The position numbers and the translations under genes are program-made. Below are positions 49,401 to 60,808 of a stretch of 64,000 nucleotides of DNA, in pieces (within the stretch, counting starts at the first letter, position 1; every line of letters begins with the position of its first letter). This DNA comes from Candidatus Heimdallarchaeota archaeon (GTDB lineage Archaea; Asgardarchaeota; Heimdallarchaeia; Heimdallarchaeales; Heimdallarchaeaceae), in contig JAHLWR010000009.1 of assembly GCA_019057815.1 (NCBI GenBank), positions 1-64,000 of the forward strand. Direction: 5' to 3'. Under the pieces are notes generated by a model. It worked only from the letters and a program-made list of their open reading frames with translations. It had not been told where the DNA came from and searched no databases.

Positions 49401-49693
49401 TTCTCCAAGAATATTGAAAGAGATAAAGATGACCTTTTCTATAGTAGATAGTTTCTGAAATATGCGAAATGCATTCCATTTATTTGCCTTGGGATTAACT
49501 CTCCCATCATATCTCTCTCTTATTTTGTCTTATAAATAACTCATTCTATCCAAAAAAAGTCACTTTTTATACTAGATATTTCACCTGAAAATAAAGGATT
49601 GAGAAAGGATTAGTTGCACTAATATTCTTCTATATACTTCTTCATTCAAAAAATTTTATAAACCGAATAAAAAAGAAAAGTAACTGTGATTAT

Positions 49694-52600
49694 ATGAGGT
49701 ATAGAAGATTTATAGTTATTAGTTCCATACTTGTCTTACTTCTAAATGTTAGCTTGACAGTTCAAGCTGACGAAGAGAATTTGTTATATTTCATCAGTTT
49801 AACTAGCAATGAAGAAATCTTTGAAGCCTATCCTGTACTTGATTCAGATGGATATCTTCACCTTTTCATTCACATGATCAATAAACAAGGATACGTGTTT
49901 CTTCACCAGTTTTATAATGAAACAGGACTCCAAATTGAAACACTTGAAGAGGATGTTCAAGAGATAGAAATTATAACTCACCATCTTTATGAAAATCCTT
50001 ATGTTTCACTTCTTTACGTTGTTTACTCTGTAACTTCCTCTTCTGGTGGAAAAGAAATCAAACGCTTTACTTGGACTTCTGAAGAAACTCGTATTTCTTC
50101 GATTATGTATATTGATGAAGAAGATATCCGCAGTTACATGCCATATTTCGATGTTAAATTTAAGGATGGAGTAATGCACGTTTTATATGCTCTTTATGAT
50201 AGGGATGATATGGCTAATTTGAATGTTAGTCATATAATGGTGGTTGGACTTCCAAAGCAAGATGATTATATCATCCCAAGTATGTTAGATCCTTATACAA
50301 GATTCTCGAGAGATATACTCGATATTGTTATTGATGAAAATATGGATTTGTGGTATATATATCGAACAGATTACGATATGTTTGGTGTGAAACAAGACAC
50401 ATTTGGAATAGGTATTGCTAAACTTGAAAATAGTATTGCTAACTATACTACTTCTTTAGATATCCCTGAAGTTACTTATGATGTTGACAAAATCAAAACT
50501 CAAATAGGAGTTGATGGTCTTTTCTCTTTTATGTTTGTCGAAACTAGAAAAGTGCATTGGTGCAATTTTGATGGTACACATATTACAAAAGAATCTCAAT
50601 CAATTATTCACAACAATCCCATAGACTTTATCTATATAGCAGATTCTGAAAATAAACATATGTTACTAACAAATCTGCAAGATAATGGTGAATATGTTAC
50701 AAACTATTATGGTTACTTTGAATCAGGAATATGGAGTTACATACCTATTTCCACTGAAAAACCAATAGGTCTTGATGATTACAATAGTTATTTAGATTTT
50801 GAAAATTATCTTATTACATACGTTACAATCTTGAATCCAAGCAATTTTGCCCCAGAAGGATTAGAATTCAGAGAAACATCTGGTTTAGCTCTAAAAATTT
50901 TATCTAGTAATGATTTAGATACCTCTTTTCTTATGATAGGTTTCACTAGTTTTAACCCACGAAAAGAGTTCTGGCAGAAAAACTGGGAGTTGATAGCTGT
51001 ATCAATAGTAAGTTCTTTAGCTGGTTTAGGTTTGTTGACTTTTCTATGGATTAAGAGCTCTAAGAAGATAAAACGCTTTTTCTTTGATTCTCAAGTAGGA
51101 GATTTCAATAAATTCTTCCTAGTATTCTTAAATGTCTGGAGGGTGTTTTCCAATTTTGGAGGTTTAATAAAGTCAATCTGGCTTTCTAATAAGAAACGGA
51201 CAATTCTAACAATAATTGGTTTTGTGATAACTGGGTATCTTATAAGTTCTGCACTTGTGATAGCTCAATCTGAAGAATCAGCAATGATTAAAGCTTACTA
51301 TCGTGCCAACCCAATGATTTCAAATCGTTTAGCAACAGGAATTATCGATACAACGTTCTTCTCACCTAATGAGCCTGTAAATATATCAGCATCATATGGT
51401 TTTCAAGCTAATCAAGAATTAGTTGATCTATATTCTAATTCCAACTTACAAAATTACATAGGTAGAATAGATAGTGTGTTTTATTTCCTATCAAAAGTAT
51501 ATTCGCCGAATTACACAATGACACAAGATTATAGAATGACAGGTTTACCTGATTCAACAATTGATTACTTCTCATCGATAATTACAGAAGGTCGTGCACC
51601 TCAAAACTCCAATGAAATTCTCATTAGAGGGGATGTAGCCCGTCTAGCTCATGTAGAAATAAACGATACTTTTTCTATGATTGCTAGTAGAGAAGATGTA
51701 GGATCTGAGGTACAAGATTATCTACTTCCAATGAAGATTGTAGGAATATATGAAAGGTACAATGTCGCTCAAATACGCAAAATTTCCGCGTTTTTAGATG
51801 TGTCTAATGATCTCTATTCTTTGATTGAAACATCTGCAATTCTGACACTTCAAACAAATTTCTTCTATATATTATCTGAAGGGGATCGGATGAATCTCAA
51901 TGTGAGAGGTGTTTTCCAGATATTTTTTGATTTTCACGATTTTAAAATAGCGGATAGAAAAACGATTATTAGTGGACAAAAAGCTATGCAAGGTATAATC
52001 TTTTCTTTTAGTTTTGATAATAAAGCTTCAATCGTAACATCAAACGAAATTGAGACATTTTTTACAAACTTTGATGATTATTATATAAACAATATTTCAA
52101 GATTGATAGCTTTTGCTATACCTGTAGTGCTATTATCAATTTTTATGGTCTTTGATGTTTCAGAACTGTTTTCCAACAGCTATAATCGAGAGATAGAAAT
52201 TCTAAAAGGTCGGGGATTATCCACGAGAAGAGTTACATTTATCTATTTAGTAATAAGACTTTTGGAGATTGTACTAGCTAGCATAATAAGCTATGGATTA
52301 GCTCTTCTAACAGCGATACCATTGATAAAAATCAATGGTTTCATAAAATTCACTAATACTGATACACAACTTGTTCCTGGTAACGTTGTTGCAATAATGG
52401 GTATCGTAGCATCTTTATTGTTTGTGATTTCAATTCCAAAAATAATTATTATAGCTGTTAGAAGAAGGAGAATAGAAAAACAACCTAATAAAATTGTGAA
52501 AATCCTCAAATTTATCTCCTGGCGGGATATGTTCTTCGTAGGTATGGGACTAGGATTGTTTATATATTTCTTAGGAATGACACAAGATGCTCATCACGCG

Positions 52601-53923
52601 CAAAATATAACAGAATTTACAACCTATCTGGGGTATACAATCGTTGGTGCTATTTTTTCTTTACTTGGAGGATTACCAATAGCAATAAAATCACTTTCTA
52701 TGGTATGGAAATTCATAGGTTTTAGTGTATGGAAAATAAGTAAGAACAGAATGAGTTTCCTATTCATTGAAATTAGTAAAGATATGAAATACTTTGAGAA
52801 TCTAGCTTTAATCTTTCTAGTAGTTTCAATGATATTTACTCCAGTTCTCGTTGTCCCCTACTCTAAAGAAGCAAGTTTGGTCGAACAATCTTTTCTAGTG
52901 AATGGAGCTGAAATATCAATAAATAACTGGGATAAAGTTGAAGGTTTAACTGAGGAAGATATTGAAGCGATAGATGGAGTTGTAGAAGCTACTTATGCAA
53001 GAATGTATACTCTCTATATGGGGACTTATCAGGGAATGAGACTGCTTGTAATTAACACAACAGAGTTCTTAGAAACAATGTATAAACCACCACAATCGCT
53101 ATTAGGATTCGATTGGGATTCGCTTAATATGTTAACAAATAATACTGCACTAATTTCAAAATCTATAGAAAGTGCGTTTCATACTCAAGTTGGATGGTAT
53201 ATGTCCTTTAGACACCCTGCAATATCAGGATGGTTTTACTCTATTCATATTTCCGGTATTTATGACCTGTTCCCAGTATTCTACGACAAAATAGATATTG
53301 AAGATGAAGCTTATATGATGGTTATTTCTGTAGAATGCTTTGAAGCTATAGAACATATAGTAGAAAATAGGTTACTTACGATAAACAAGCTTTTTATTAA
53401 AACAGAAAATGATAGAGCTATTCAAGAAGTTAAAGAAGAAATATTTTCACACAACCCTGAAACAATAACTAAATCATATCTAGATGTAATCGACTCGCTA
53501 AAAACACCCCTCTACAATGTTTTCATCATAGAAATGATTATTTCACTCTTTGTATCTGTAATAATTCTAGCCTATTCAAGCTTTACGACTTCAACAAAGA
53601 TACTAGAACGAAGAATTATTAAGCACGATATTATGAAAAAAATGGGTATTAAATCATCTACAATCATTAATACAACAGTAATTCAAGTGCTGATAGCAGG
53701 GATCATACCGTCACTGATAATAGGCTTTTTTGTAGGACTGAAACTTGTTCCATTTAGTCTCCAACAAATGAGTTATGGGGCTATACCATATCCAGTAACT
53801 ACAATCTATCCAACAATGTTGTTGTTAGCAATATTCTTGGGAGTACCTATACTAGTTTATCTGGGGATGACGTTGATGCTTAGAAGAGAGTTTTGTAAGT
53901 ATTCACCAACACAACTGGAGTGA
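49694..53923 (+). CDS. Very large FtsX/MacB-type ABC permease with N-terminal extracellular domain
   Basis: Signal peptide, ~400-aa ectodomain, EGRAPQNSNE, REIEILKGRG and HDIMKKMG FtsX-like motifs; 4-bp overlap with ATPase. Confidence 0.85.
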   Translation: MRYRRFIVISSILVLLLNVSLTVQADEENLLYFISLTSNEEIFEAYPVLDSDGYLHLFIHMINKQGYVFLHQFYNETGLQIETLEEDVQEIEIITHHLYENPYVSLLYVVYSVTSSSGGKEIKRFTWTSEETRISSIMYIDEEDIRSYMPYFDVKFKDGVMHVLYALYDRDDMANLNVSHIMVVGLPKQDDYIIPSMLDPYTRFSRDILDIVIDENMDLWYIYRTDYDMFGVKQDTFGIGIAKLENSIANYTTSLDIPEVTYDVDKIKTQIGVDGLFSFMFVETRKVHWCNFDGTHITKESQSIIHNNPIDFIYIADSENKHMLLTNLQDNGEYVTNYYGYFESGIWSYIPISTEKPIGLDDYNSYLDFENYLITYVTILNPSNFAPEGLEFRETSGLALKILSSNDLDTSFLMIGFTSFNPRKEFWQKNWELIAVSIVSSLAGLGLLTFLWIKSSKKIKRFFFDSQVGDFNKFFLVFLNVWRVFSNFGGLIKSIWLSNKKRTILTIIGFVITGYLISSALVIAQSEESAMIKAYYRANPMISNRLATGIIDTTFFSPNEPVNISASYGFQANQELVDLYSNSNLQNYIGRIDSVFYFLSKVYSPNYTMTQDYRMTGLPDSTIDYFSSIITEGRAPQNSNEILIRGDVARLAHVEINDTFSMIASREDVGSEVQDYLLPMKIVGIYERYNVAQIRKISAFLDVSNDLYSLIETSAILTLQTNFFYILSEGDRMNLNVRGVFQIFFDFHDFKIADRKTIISGQKAMQGIIFSFSFDNKASIVTSNEIETFFTNFDDYYINNISRLIAFAIPVVLLSIFMVFDVSELFSNSYNREIEILKGRGLSTRRVTFIYLVIRLLEIVLASIISYGLALLTAIPLIKINGFIKFTNTDTQLVPGNVVAIMGIVASLLFVISIPKIIIIAVRRRRIEKQPNKIVKILKFISWRDMFFVGMGLGLFIYFLGMTQDAHHAQNITEFTTYLGYTIVGAIFSLLGGLPIAIKSLSMVWKFIGFSVWKISKNRMSFLFIEISKDMKYFENLALIFLVVSMIFTPVLVVPYSKEASLVEQSFLVNGAEISINNWDKVEGLTEEDIEAIDGVVEATYARMYTLYMGTYQGMRLLVINTTEFLETMYKPPQSLLGFDWDSLNMLTNNTALISKSIESAFHTQVGWYMSFRHPAISGWFYSIHISGIYDLFPVFYDKIDIEDEAYMMVISVECFEAIEHIVENRLLTINKLFIKTENDRAIQEVKEEIFSHNPETITKSYLDVIDSLKTPLYNVFIIEMIISLFVSVIILAYSSFTTSTKILERRIIKHDIMKKMGIKSSTIINTTVIQVLIAGIIPSLIIGFFVGLKLVPFSLQQMSYGAIPYPVTTIYPTMLLLAIFLGVPILVYLGMTLMLRREFCKYSPTQLE

Positions 53924-55701
53924 AAACAATGATAATATGCAAAGATTTACTCAAAGTTTTCTGGGATCCTGTAACTGATGTTAAAGTTTCAGCACTAAGA
54001 GGTTTAGATATTTATGTAAAAAGTGGAGAAGTTGCATCAATCATAGGTCCTTCTGGTAGTGGAAAAACAACCTTAATTAAGATTCTATGTGGAAACGAAA
54101 AACCAAGCGGAGGATCAGTTTATATCGATGACGTAAACATCGCTGAATTATCAGAAAGAAGGATGCGAAAATTACGATACAATAAAATGGGAATAATAAA
54201 CCAATTCATACACCAGAACTTGCTTTCACATCTAACAGTTGAACAAAACATAAGACTTCCAATGAGATTCAAAGCAGTAGCAAGGGAAAAAGCTGTTGCA
54301 AAAGTAGAAGAATTAATTAAAATACTCCATCTAGATAAAATCAGATACAATCCTGTTACAAAAATTAGTGGAGGAGAAGCTGTTCGTACTAGTATTGGCG
54401 TTGCTTTAGCAAAGGATACACCAATAGTGCTTGCTGATGAACCAACTGGTCAGCTTGATACAACCAATACTAACCATATTATAGATGCTTTTAGAGATCT
54501 TAACGAGAACTTAGGTACAACTATTCTTGTAGTGACTCACGATCTTAGATTTAGAAACGCGTTTAAGAAAAGCTATATCATCCGAGATGGAAGATTAGTG
54601 GGTATTAATGCTGATATTAATAGAGGAGAATTAGATTTCATTTTGAAACCTCAAGAATCTACTTTGCAATCAATTATAGATGGATCACAGTTTCTACGAC
54701 TTCCAGACGAAGTTGTAATTACAGGTGCTTTCGAAAATTTTGCGGAATTCATGATTCACCCTTCAAAACAATTCTCGCTCGTATTTAATCCAAACCAATT
54801 AAACCAAAAAGAAATCTATGAAATTCTGAAAGACACAAAATATGAATTTGACGATTTTTCCACAAGAAGCGATAGGACAAAAGTTTCTTTCAGAGAAATT
54901 CAACCAATCATAGAACAACAATTCTTAGCTCCAACGAAAGCAAACAAAGTGATTACAGTTAAGAAACTTTTCAAATCATTCCAAATTGGTGATAGAACAC
55001 ATAAAGTCTTGAAAAATCTCAATTTTAAAATAACCAAAGGAGATTTTGTTGTTATTTCAGGTAAAAGTGGTGCTGGTAAAACTACACTCATGAATGTTCT
55101 ATCAGGAATCGAATCTCCAGATTCTGGTACAATTGAAATTGATGGTTTTGATGTCACAGATAGTAGCAAAAAGGAAGTAGCTAGTTTTAGATTCAATAAT
55201 ATTGCGCTAATCAACCAAGTGAATAATCTATTCGAACAATATACTATCAAAGAAAATATGATAATACCTCGAATATTCAGCAAGAATAAAACATTAGGAA
55301 AGGTTAATCTAGATAAAACCGCTGAGAGCGTAGAAATCGAGCACAAAATTAAACATTATGCAGCTGAACTATCTGCAGGAGAGAGGCAAAGAGCAGCATT
55401 AGCAATAGCACTAGCAAAACGTTCACCTATTCTTTTCGCTGATGAACCTACTGCTAACCTTGACTCGCGTCTGGCTAGAAATATTGTCGCTCTTCTAATG
55501 GAAACAGCTCAGAAATATGGAACCACTGTTCTGATGAGCACTCATGACTTATCCTTAGTTCGACCAGGTTTTCGCTTGATTCGATTACAAGATGGTGAAA
55601 AAATCGAAGATGTTAGAGTTACAAAAAATAGACTCAAAGGCATTATAGAACTCTATCTTGGTATAACTATTGACGAAGAAGAATTTGAGATTGAAAAATA
55701 A
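53920..55701 (+). CDS. LolD/MacB-type ABC ATPase with two nucleotide-binding domains
   Basis: GPSGSGKTT/ISGGE/ADEPTGQLD and GKSGAGKTT/LSAGE/ADEPTANLD. Confidence 0.92.
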   Translation: MKTMIICKDLLKVFWDPVTDVKVSALRGLDIYVKSGEVASIIGPSGSGKTTLIKILCGNEKPSGGSVYIDDVNIAELSERRMRKLRYNKMGIINQFIHQNLLSHLTVEQNIRLPMRFKAVAREKAVAKVEELIKILHLDKIRYNPVTKISGGEAVRTSIGVALAKDTPIVLADEPTGQLDTTNTNHIIDAFRDLNENLGTTILVVTHDLRFRNAFKKSYIIRDGRLVGINADINRGELDFILKPQESTLQSIIDGSQFLRLPDEVVITGAFENFAEFMIHPSKQFSLVFNPNQLNQKEIYEILKDTKYEFDDFSTRSDRTKVSFREIQPIIEQQFLAPTKANKVITVKKLFKSFQIGDRTHKVLKNLNFKITKGDFVVISGKSGAGKTTLMNVLSGIESPDSGTIEIDGFDVTDSSKKEVASFRFNNIALINQVNNLFEQYTIKENMIIPRIFSKNKTLGKVNLDKTAESVEIEHKIKHYAAELSAGERQRAALAIALAKRSPILFADEPTANLDSRLARNIVALLMETAQKYGTTVLMSTHDLSLVRPGFRLIRLQDGEKIEDVRVTKNRLKGIIELYLGITIDEEEFEIEK

Positions 55702-55808
55702 ACTGTTAGCATCAAGAACTGTCATTCCTTGGATTTACGATTATATTATATGTCCAAAAACGCTTTAAATATCCAATTTCAATTTCAACATAATCAAAGG
55801 TAATTATA

Positions 55809-56417
55809 ATGAATTCAAAAAATAAATCTACAAAGAATAAAAATGAAATGGATTTAAAGGAATTATCTATTTCAACATTAGAAATAGCACAAATCAATTT
55901 TCTTATGTCATTTAAAGGAATTAATCCAGAGAGCATTTCGAAGCGGATTCATATCGAAATCAACCCTATTTCCTGGATAATTGGTCATTGTATTTCTCAT
56001 ATGGATTGGTATTTGTCCTTATTTACTGGTGAGAGAATCTATTCTGAAAAACAACAGAAATATTTAGCTTACGGTGCTTCAAAAGAGGATATTACAGAAA
56101 AATTACCTTTTTCCTTTAGAGAGATATTAGATAAATATCTCCTTATATCTAAAAGCTTCTTTGAATATCTAAAAGGATTTCAAGAAGAGAAATTTCATCA
56201 GATAACATCTCAAGAAAATGGAGGAGAAACTTTAATTCAAAAGATTCAAAGAATTACTCTTCATTACATGGGTCATACAGGACAGATTGTTATTATTAGG
56301 AGAGCACTTGGTGTGTCTTCTTGGAGTTTTGTTAGTGGAATTAAAAAAGAAGAGAGACAAAAGTATATGAAAGAGTGGATAAAGTGGTGGGAAGAAAATA
56401 GGATGAAGTTCGATTAA
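55809..56417 (+). CDS. DinB/DUF664 family protein
   Basis: NPISWIIGH and LHYMGHTGQI metal-binding His motifs. Confidence 0.85.
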   Translation: MNSKNKSTKNKNEMDLKELSISTLEIAQINFLMSFKGINPESISKRIHIEINPISWIIGHCISHMDWYLSLFTGERIYSEKQQKYLAYGASKEDITEKLPFSFREILDKYLLISKSFFEYLKGFQEEKFHQITSQENGGETLIQKIQRITLHYMGHTGQIVIIRRALGVSSWSFVSGIKKEERQKYMKEWIKWWEENRMKFD

Positions 56418-56492
56418 TACTTGTTGATTAATTGAAAATATATAATCAACCCCATACTAAATATTTATGTAAAACCTCTGAAAACTAAACTA

Positions 56493-57386
56493 ATGCGCTC
56501 TTTACCTATAATAAAAATAGACACAACTTGTATTAAGTGTAATAAATGTGTAGATGTATGCCCTAGATACATTTTCTTTCCTTCTGAAAACGAGATAAAA
56601 CTTAGAGATTTAGAAACATGTAATGATTGTGGTCATTGTATAGCTATTTGCCCTGTTGACGCTATCTATCACAATAAACTAATCAAAAGTTCTGTTGAAG
56701 CGGAATATCCTTTAGCTAATGAACATTTCAATTACGATCAAACACTGATGCTAATAAGACAGAGGAGATCTATCAGATATTTCTCTGATAAAACACTAAC
56801 AAAAGAACAAATACTCAAGCTTATTCAATTTGGGAGATTTGGACCCACTGGTCATAATGCACGAAAAGTTAATTACACTATTGTAATGGGTAGAGAGAAA
56901 GTAGTAACAATTTTATCTGAAGTAATTGAAGCATTCAAGAAAATCAGAGAACAGGTAACCAAGCCTATTTTTCGGTTTCTTGCGTTGCTTATGGGTAAGA
57001 GAAAAAAAGTAGAAAAAGTAAGGAGAAATCTTTATCGTCTTAACAGTCACATTACTTATTGGGAAGCCAAAATAGATAAAGTGTTCCACAACGCTTCTTC
57101 TCTGATACTTATACACGCAGATGAAAACATGCCCTCACCTTTTGAAGATTGCGTAATAGCTGCAGAGAATATAATGCTAGGAGCTCAAAGTTTTGAGCTG
57201 GGTGCAACCTTCATAGGTTATTTGGTTAAAGCTTGGGAACACTCCAAAGATGTTAAAGAGTTGATTAATTTACCCAATAATCATAAACTTTATGCGGTTT
57301 TAGCTGTTGGAAAACCCAAGCACAAGTTCAAAAGAGTTGTGTCACGACCTGAACCTAAACTGATTTATTGGAATTTAAAAAACTAG
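56493..57386 (+). CDS. Nitroreductase family protein with N-terminal 2x[4Fe-4S] ferredoxin
   Basis: CIKCNKCVDVCP, CNDCGHCIAICP, RRSIRYF, PTGHN. Confidence 0.92.
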   Translation: MRSLPIIKIDTTCIKCNKCVDVCPRYIFFPSENEIKLRDLETCNDCGHCIAICPVDAIYHNKLIKSSVEAEYPLANEHFNYDQTLMLIRQRRSIRYFSDKTLTKEQILKLIQFGRFGPTGHNARKVNYTIVMGREKVVTILSEVIEAFKKIREQVTKPIFRFLALLMGKRKKVEKVRRNLYRLNSHITYWEAKIDKVFHNASSLILIHADENMPSPFEDCVIAAENIMLGAQSFELGATFIGYLVKAWEHSKDVKELINLPNNHKLYAVLAVGKPKHKFKRVVSRPEPKLIYWNLKN

Positions 57387-57396
57387 CCAGAAACGC

Positions 57397-57852
57397 TTAA
57401 TCAACAAAATAAGATAATACATTTCTGCTTCCTTCGAGTACTTCATCTGAAATTTTACCCATAAATTCTGTTGTTTTAATTTGAATTCCGCATAGAACAA
57501 CTTCTTTATTATTATCAGTTAAGATTTTTACTATTTGTTGAAAAGGAAGCTGATGAGAGGATATTTGTCTAACAGCTTTATCTGTACTTGAGGTAATTAG
57601 TAAAGTACCAGGCAACGCTCCAAAATCTATAGCATCGATAATTATTACAACTTTGATTTCTGTATTATCAATTATCTCTAGAAGATACGATGTTATATCT
57701 ATTTCATCCTCTGATATTACTTTGTCTGGGAATTTCTCTTTAAGACTCTTTGCTACTATCAACCCAATTCCATCATCAGATCTGTCAATATTTCCAAAGC
57801 AAAGGAAAATAAAATCCTCTTGTTCTTTGTGAAAAAAAGAGGAAAAAAACAA
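57397..57852 (-). CDS. hycI: Hydrogenase maturation protease (HycI/HybD family)
   Basis: GNIDRSDDGIG, IIDAID, SSHQLP; directly downstream of the large subunit. Confidence 0.88.
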   Translation of the reverse strand: MFFSSFFHKEQEDFIFLCFGNIDRSDDGIGLIVAKSLKEKFPDKVISEDEIDITSYLLEIIDNTEIKVVIIIDAIDFGALPGTLLITSSTDKAVRQISSHQLPFQQIVKILTDNNKEVVLCGIQIKTTEFMGKISDEVLEGSRNVLSYFVD

Positions 57853-57866
57853 TTAACAAATCCCCG

Positions 57867-59156
57867 TTAATCGTGTTTCACTAGTTTAACCATGTGACAA
57901 GAACAACTAATACATGGATCATATGCTCTAGCAATCATTTCTAGATGTAATTCTGTTTCTTCATTATCTTCAGCTACAAGTTTTTCAGCAGCTGTTCTAA
58001 TGAATTCTTCTACATCATCCAGAAACTGTGCTGTCGGAGTAATAATATCTGCATTAACAATCTTATGATCTTTAATCTCATAAGAATGGTATAGAATTCC
58101 TCTAGGAGCTTCAACTGCCGCTGTTCCTATTCCATCTTTCACTTCTGGTATGATGATTTCTGTATCAGGGAGAGCTTTTATTTTCTCTATTAGATCTGGT
58201 ATTTGTTCAAATGCCCATAAGGCTTCAATTGCTTGAGAAATATTGTTATAGAGAGGATTTACTTTCCATCTGTCAGTTTTATATTTCTCAAACTTTTCTT
58301 TAGCTATGCCTGTTAATCTATCACCTATTAGTAATAATCTTGCAAGAGCACCAACAGTGAAAGGTTTGTTATTATATCGAGAGCGCTTTGCGTAACTATG
58401 TGGGACAACTCTTTCATTTGTAAGTTTTTTGTATTCATTAACAGGATATTCCTCTCCAGTAGAAATCAAAATCGAATCACCTTCAAAACCAAATTTTCCA
58501 TCAGCTGGATTGCAACACATGAAAACTGTTTCTCTTTCGCAGTAATCTGGAATTTCAAGAGATGCAAGAACATCTATTGTTGATGCTATCATTGGTGCAT
58601 ATTCTTTAGCTTTTTCTGAAAAGTCATCTAGTTCTTCGTTAGTAGGTATTTTTCCAAAACCACCAATTTGAGGGTTTTCTCCGTGAATTTTTCTTCCCAT
58701 AAGAAGTTTCATCAATTCTGTTCCGTATTTCTTCAAAGTTATTGCTTCTACAACTGTCTCTCCATGTGTTGGGAGTAGAGCTATAGCTGAAGGCTTCCTA
58801 AAGAAATCTGGTAAAGCTAGGAAATAAACATGTAAAACATGTGATTCAACATATTCAGCTAAATGTAATAAATATCTTAAAAGTTTAATTTTTTCAGGAA
58901 CTTCAACCTTTAGAGCTTTCTCAATAGCTTTTATCGAAACATACCTATGTGAAACTGTGCATATGGCACAAATTCGGGATACAAGAGAGATGCTTTCATG
59001 AATTGTTTTACCTCTTATTAAAGCCTCAATCATTCTTGGACCTTCGAAAATGTCTACTAAAACGTCTTCAACTTTACCATCTTTAACATGAACTTGAATC
59101 CCGCCGTCACCTTCAACTCGAGATAATACGTCAACTCTTATTGTCTTTTCTGTCAT
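57867..59156 (-). CDS. hydA: Group 3b [NiFe]-hydrogenase (sulfhydrogenase) alpha/large subunit
   Basis: RVEG, L1 SRICAICTVSH, EAPRG, L2 RAYDPCISCSCH plus short cleavable tail. Confidence 0.95.
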   Translation of the reverse strand: MTEKTIRVDVLSRVEGDGGIQVHVKDGKVEDVLVDIFEGPRMIEALIRGKTIHESISLVSRICAICTVSHRYVSIKAIEKALKVEVPEKIKLLRYLLHLAEYVESHVLHVYFLALPDFFRKPSAIALLPTHGETVVEAITLKKYGTELMKLLMGRKIHGENPQIGGFGKIPTNEELDDFSEKAKEYAPMIASTIDVLASLEIPDYCERETVFMCCNPADGKFGFEGDSILISTGEEYPVNEYKKLTNERVVPHSYAKRSRYNNKPFTVGALARLLLIGDRLTGIAKEKFEKYKTDRWKVNPLYNNISQAIEALWAFEQIPDLIEKIKALPDTEIIIPEVKDGIGTAAVEAPRGILYHSYEIKDHKIVNADIITPTAQFLDDVEEFIRTAAEKLVAEDNEETELHLEMIARAYDPCISCSCHMVKLVKHD

Positions 59157-59950
59157 TAGTTATCACCATCTAAATTCTTTTCAAGGACATCGCCCCCAAA
59201 CATTCGAAGTTTTCGTTTAGCTTCTTCTTCAGTTAACCCTATTTCCATCAATTTATCGATCATGGAAGGATAGTTTGAACCTTCATATGGACCAAAACAA
59301 CCTACGCAGGAAACGTCTATAGAAGGACAGATAGCATCACAACCAGCAGCTGTTACTGGACCAAGACAATATTTACCTTTCAACAGGAAACAATCATTGT
59401 CTTTGAATTTGCACTCAACGCAAACAGGATAAGGGTATTTCTGGGGAATAAGTCCGGATATAAGCTTTGTGTAAATGGGGATGAAGTTTTCTGGAGCAAT
59501 AGGACAGCCTGGAATCATTACATCTACTTTTATGTATTTACTGATAGGTTCTGCAGCTTGAGGTTGTCCGATTAAATCTAGAAATTCGGGGTTCTTACCT
59601 TCTTTTCCGTAAACGTATTCCATTCTTTCTTTGAACACATCTTCATTGCTACCCAAATACTGGATACCCCCGTAACAAGCACAAGTTCCTAAGGAAACTA
59701 CAATTTTTGCTTTTTGTCTGATTTCTTTTAATTCTTCTAATTGTTTTGAGGTGTTAATGCTTCCTTCAACTAAAGCAATATCTACTTCAGGGACTTCTTG
59801 ATGAGATTGAGCCATGTGAAAGAATTTAATATCAGCGCTGGTAAAGAAATCTACCAAAGCATCTTCCATATGCAAAATAGCTAGTTGATCACCAGCACAG
59901 CCAGAAAAACCAAAAACACCAACAATTGGTTTATGTTCTCTACTCCACAT
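59156..59950 (-). CDS. hydD: Group 3b hydrogenase delta/small subunit
   Basis: GCAGD, EGS, GTCACYGG, PGCP, VCVEC, CLGPVT..GCDAICP...CVGCFG. Confidence 0.93.
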   Translation of the reverse strand: MWSREHKPIVGVFGFSGCAGDQLAILHMEDALVDFFTSADIKFFHMAQSHQEVPEVDIALVEGSINTSKQLEELKEIRQKAKIVVSLGTCACYGGIQYLGSNEDVFKERMEYVYGKEGKNPEFLDLIGQPQAAEPISKYIKVDVMIPGCPIAPENFIPIYTKLISGLIPQKYPYPVCVECKFKDNDCFLLKGKYCLGPVTAAGCDAICPSIDVSCVGCFGPYEGSNYPSMIDKLMEIGLTEEEAKRKLRMFGGDVLEKNLDGDN

Positions 59951-60808
59951 CTAAATCAACTCCTTTAATCGTTCAATGTCCCAATAAGTAAAAACTGGTC
60001 CGTCTAAGCAAGTATAAACTCCTCCGATTGCACAATGACCACAGTGCCCTTGTCCACATTTCATACGTCTTTCAAGTGTCATGAATATCTTTTCTTTTGG
60101 TATTTTAAGTTTAAGAAGTTCTTTGATTACGAATTTGTACATAATTGGAGGACCACACATAATAGCGTAGGTATTTTTATTATTGACCCTATCAGCGATT
60201 TTTTCAAAAAGTTTTGTCACAACTCCAATATGATAAGGCCAATCACCTTTAGGATCTTCATCAACAGTTAAATGAGTTTCAAGCATTTCTCTTTGATGCA
60301 TTGCCATGAAATCTTCCCTAAAAAGCATATCTTCTGGAGTTCTAGCTCCATTTAGGAAATATACGTTTTTGAAATCTTCTCTTTTGTCACAAGCGTAAAG
60401 CAGTAAAGATCTCAAGGGAACAGCCCCTAAACCACCACTTACTATGATCAAATCATGATCTTTCATCTTATCCATCTCAAAGCCATTTCCATAGGGTCCT
60501 CGAATGTCAAATTTATCTCCGATTTTGAGTTTGTACAAAGCTTCTGTAATTGAACCAACTTTCCTAATACCAAACTCTAGAAATGATTGTCGAGTAGGTG
60601 TTGATGAAATAGAAAATGGTGCTTCTCCTACACCTGGTATAGAAAAAATAGCGAATTGTCCAGGTTTGTATTCACCTAATTTTTCTTGAATATTAGGGTC
60701 AACGAATTTTACTTTGAAATATCTAGTATCATAAGATAAATCCTTTAAATCAAGTATTTCAGCAGAATGTGCTTTATATTGATGATTTTTTCTTTCTTTA
60801 TTATTCAT
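59951..60808 (-). CDS. hydG: Group 3b hydrogenase gamma subunit (FAD/NAD(P)-binding, 2Fe-2S)
   Basis: PGQF, GEAPFSISS, RGPYGNGF, GGLG, CGPPIM, MKCGQGHCGHC...CLDGPVF; likely ATG 60808. Confidence 0.93.
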   Translation of the reverse strand: MNNKERKNHQYKAHSAEILDLKDLSYDTRYFKVKFVDPNIQEKLGEYKPGQFAIFSIPGVGEAPFSISSTPTRQSFLEFGIRKVGSITEALYKLKIGDKFDIRGPYGNGFEMDKMKDHDLIIVSGGLGAVPLRSLLLYACDKREDFKNVYFLNGARTPEDMLFREDFMAMHQREMLETHLTVDEDPKGDWPYHIGVVTKLFEKIADRVNNKNTYAIMCGPPIMYKFVIKELLKLKIPKEKIFMTLERRMKCGQGHCGHCAIGGVYTCLDGPVFTYWDIERLKELI

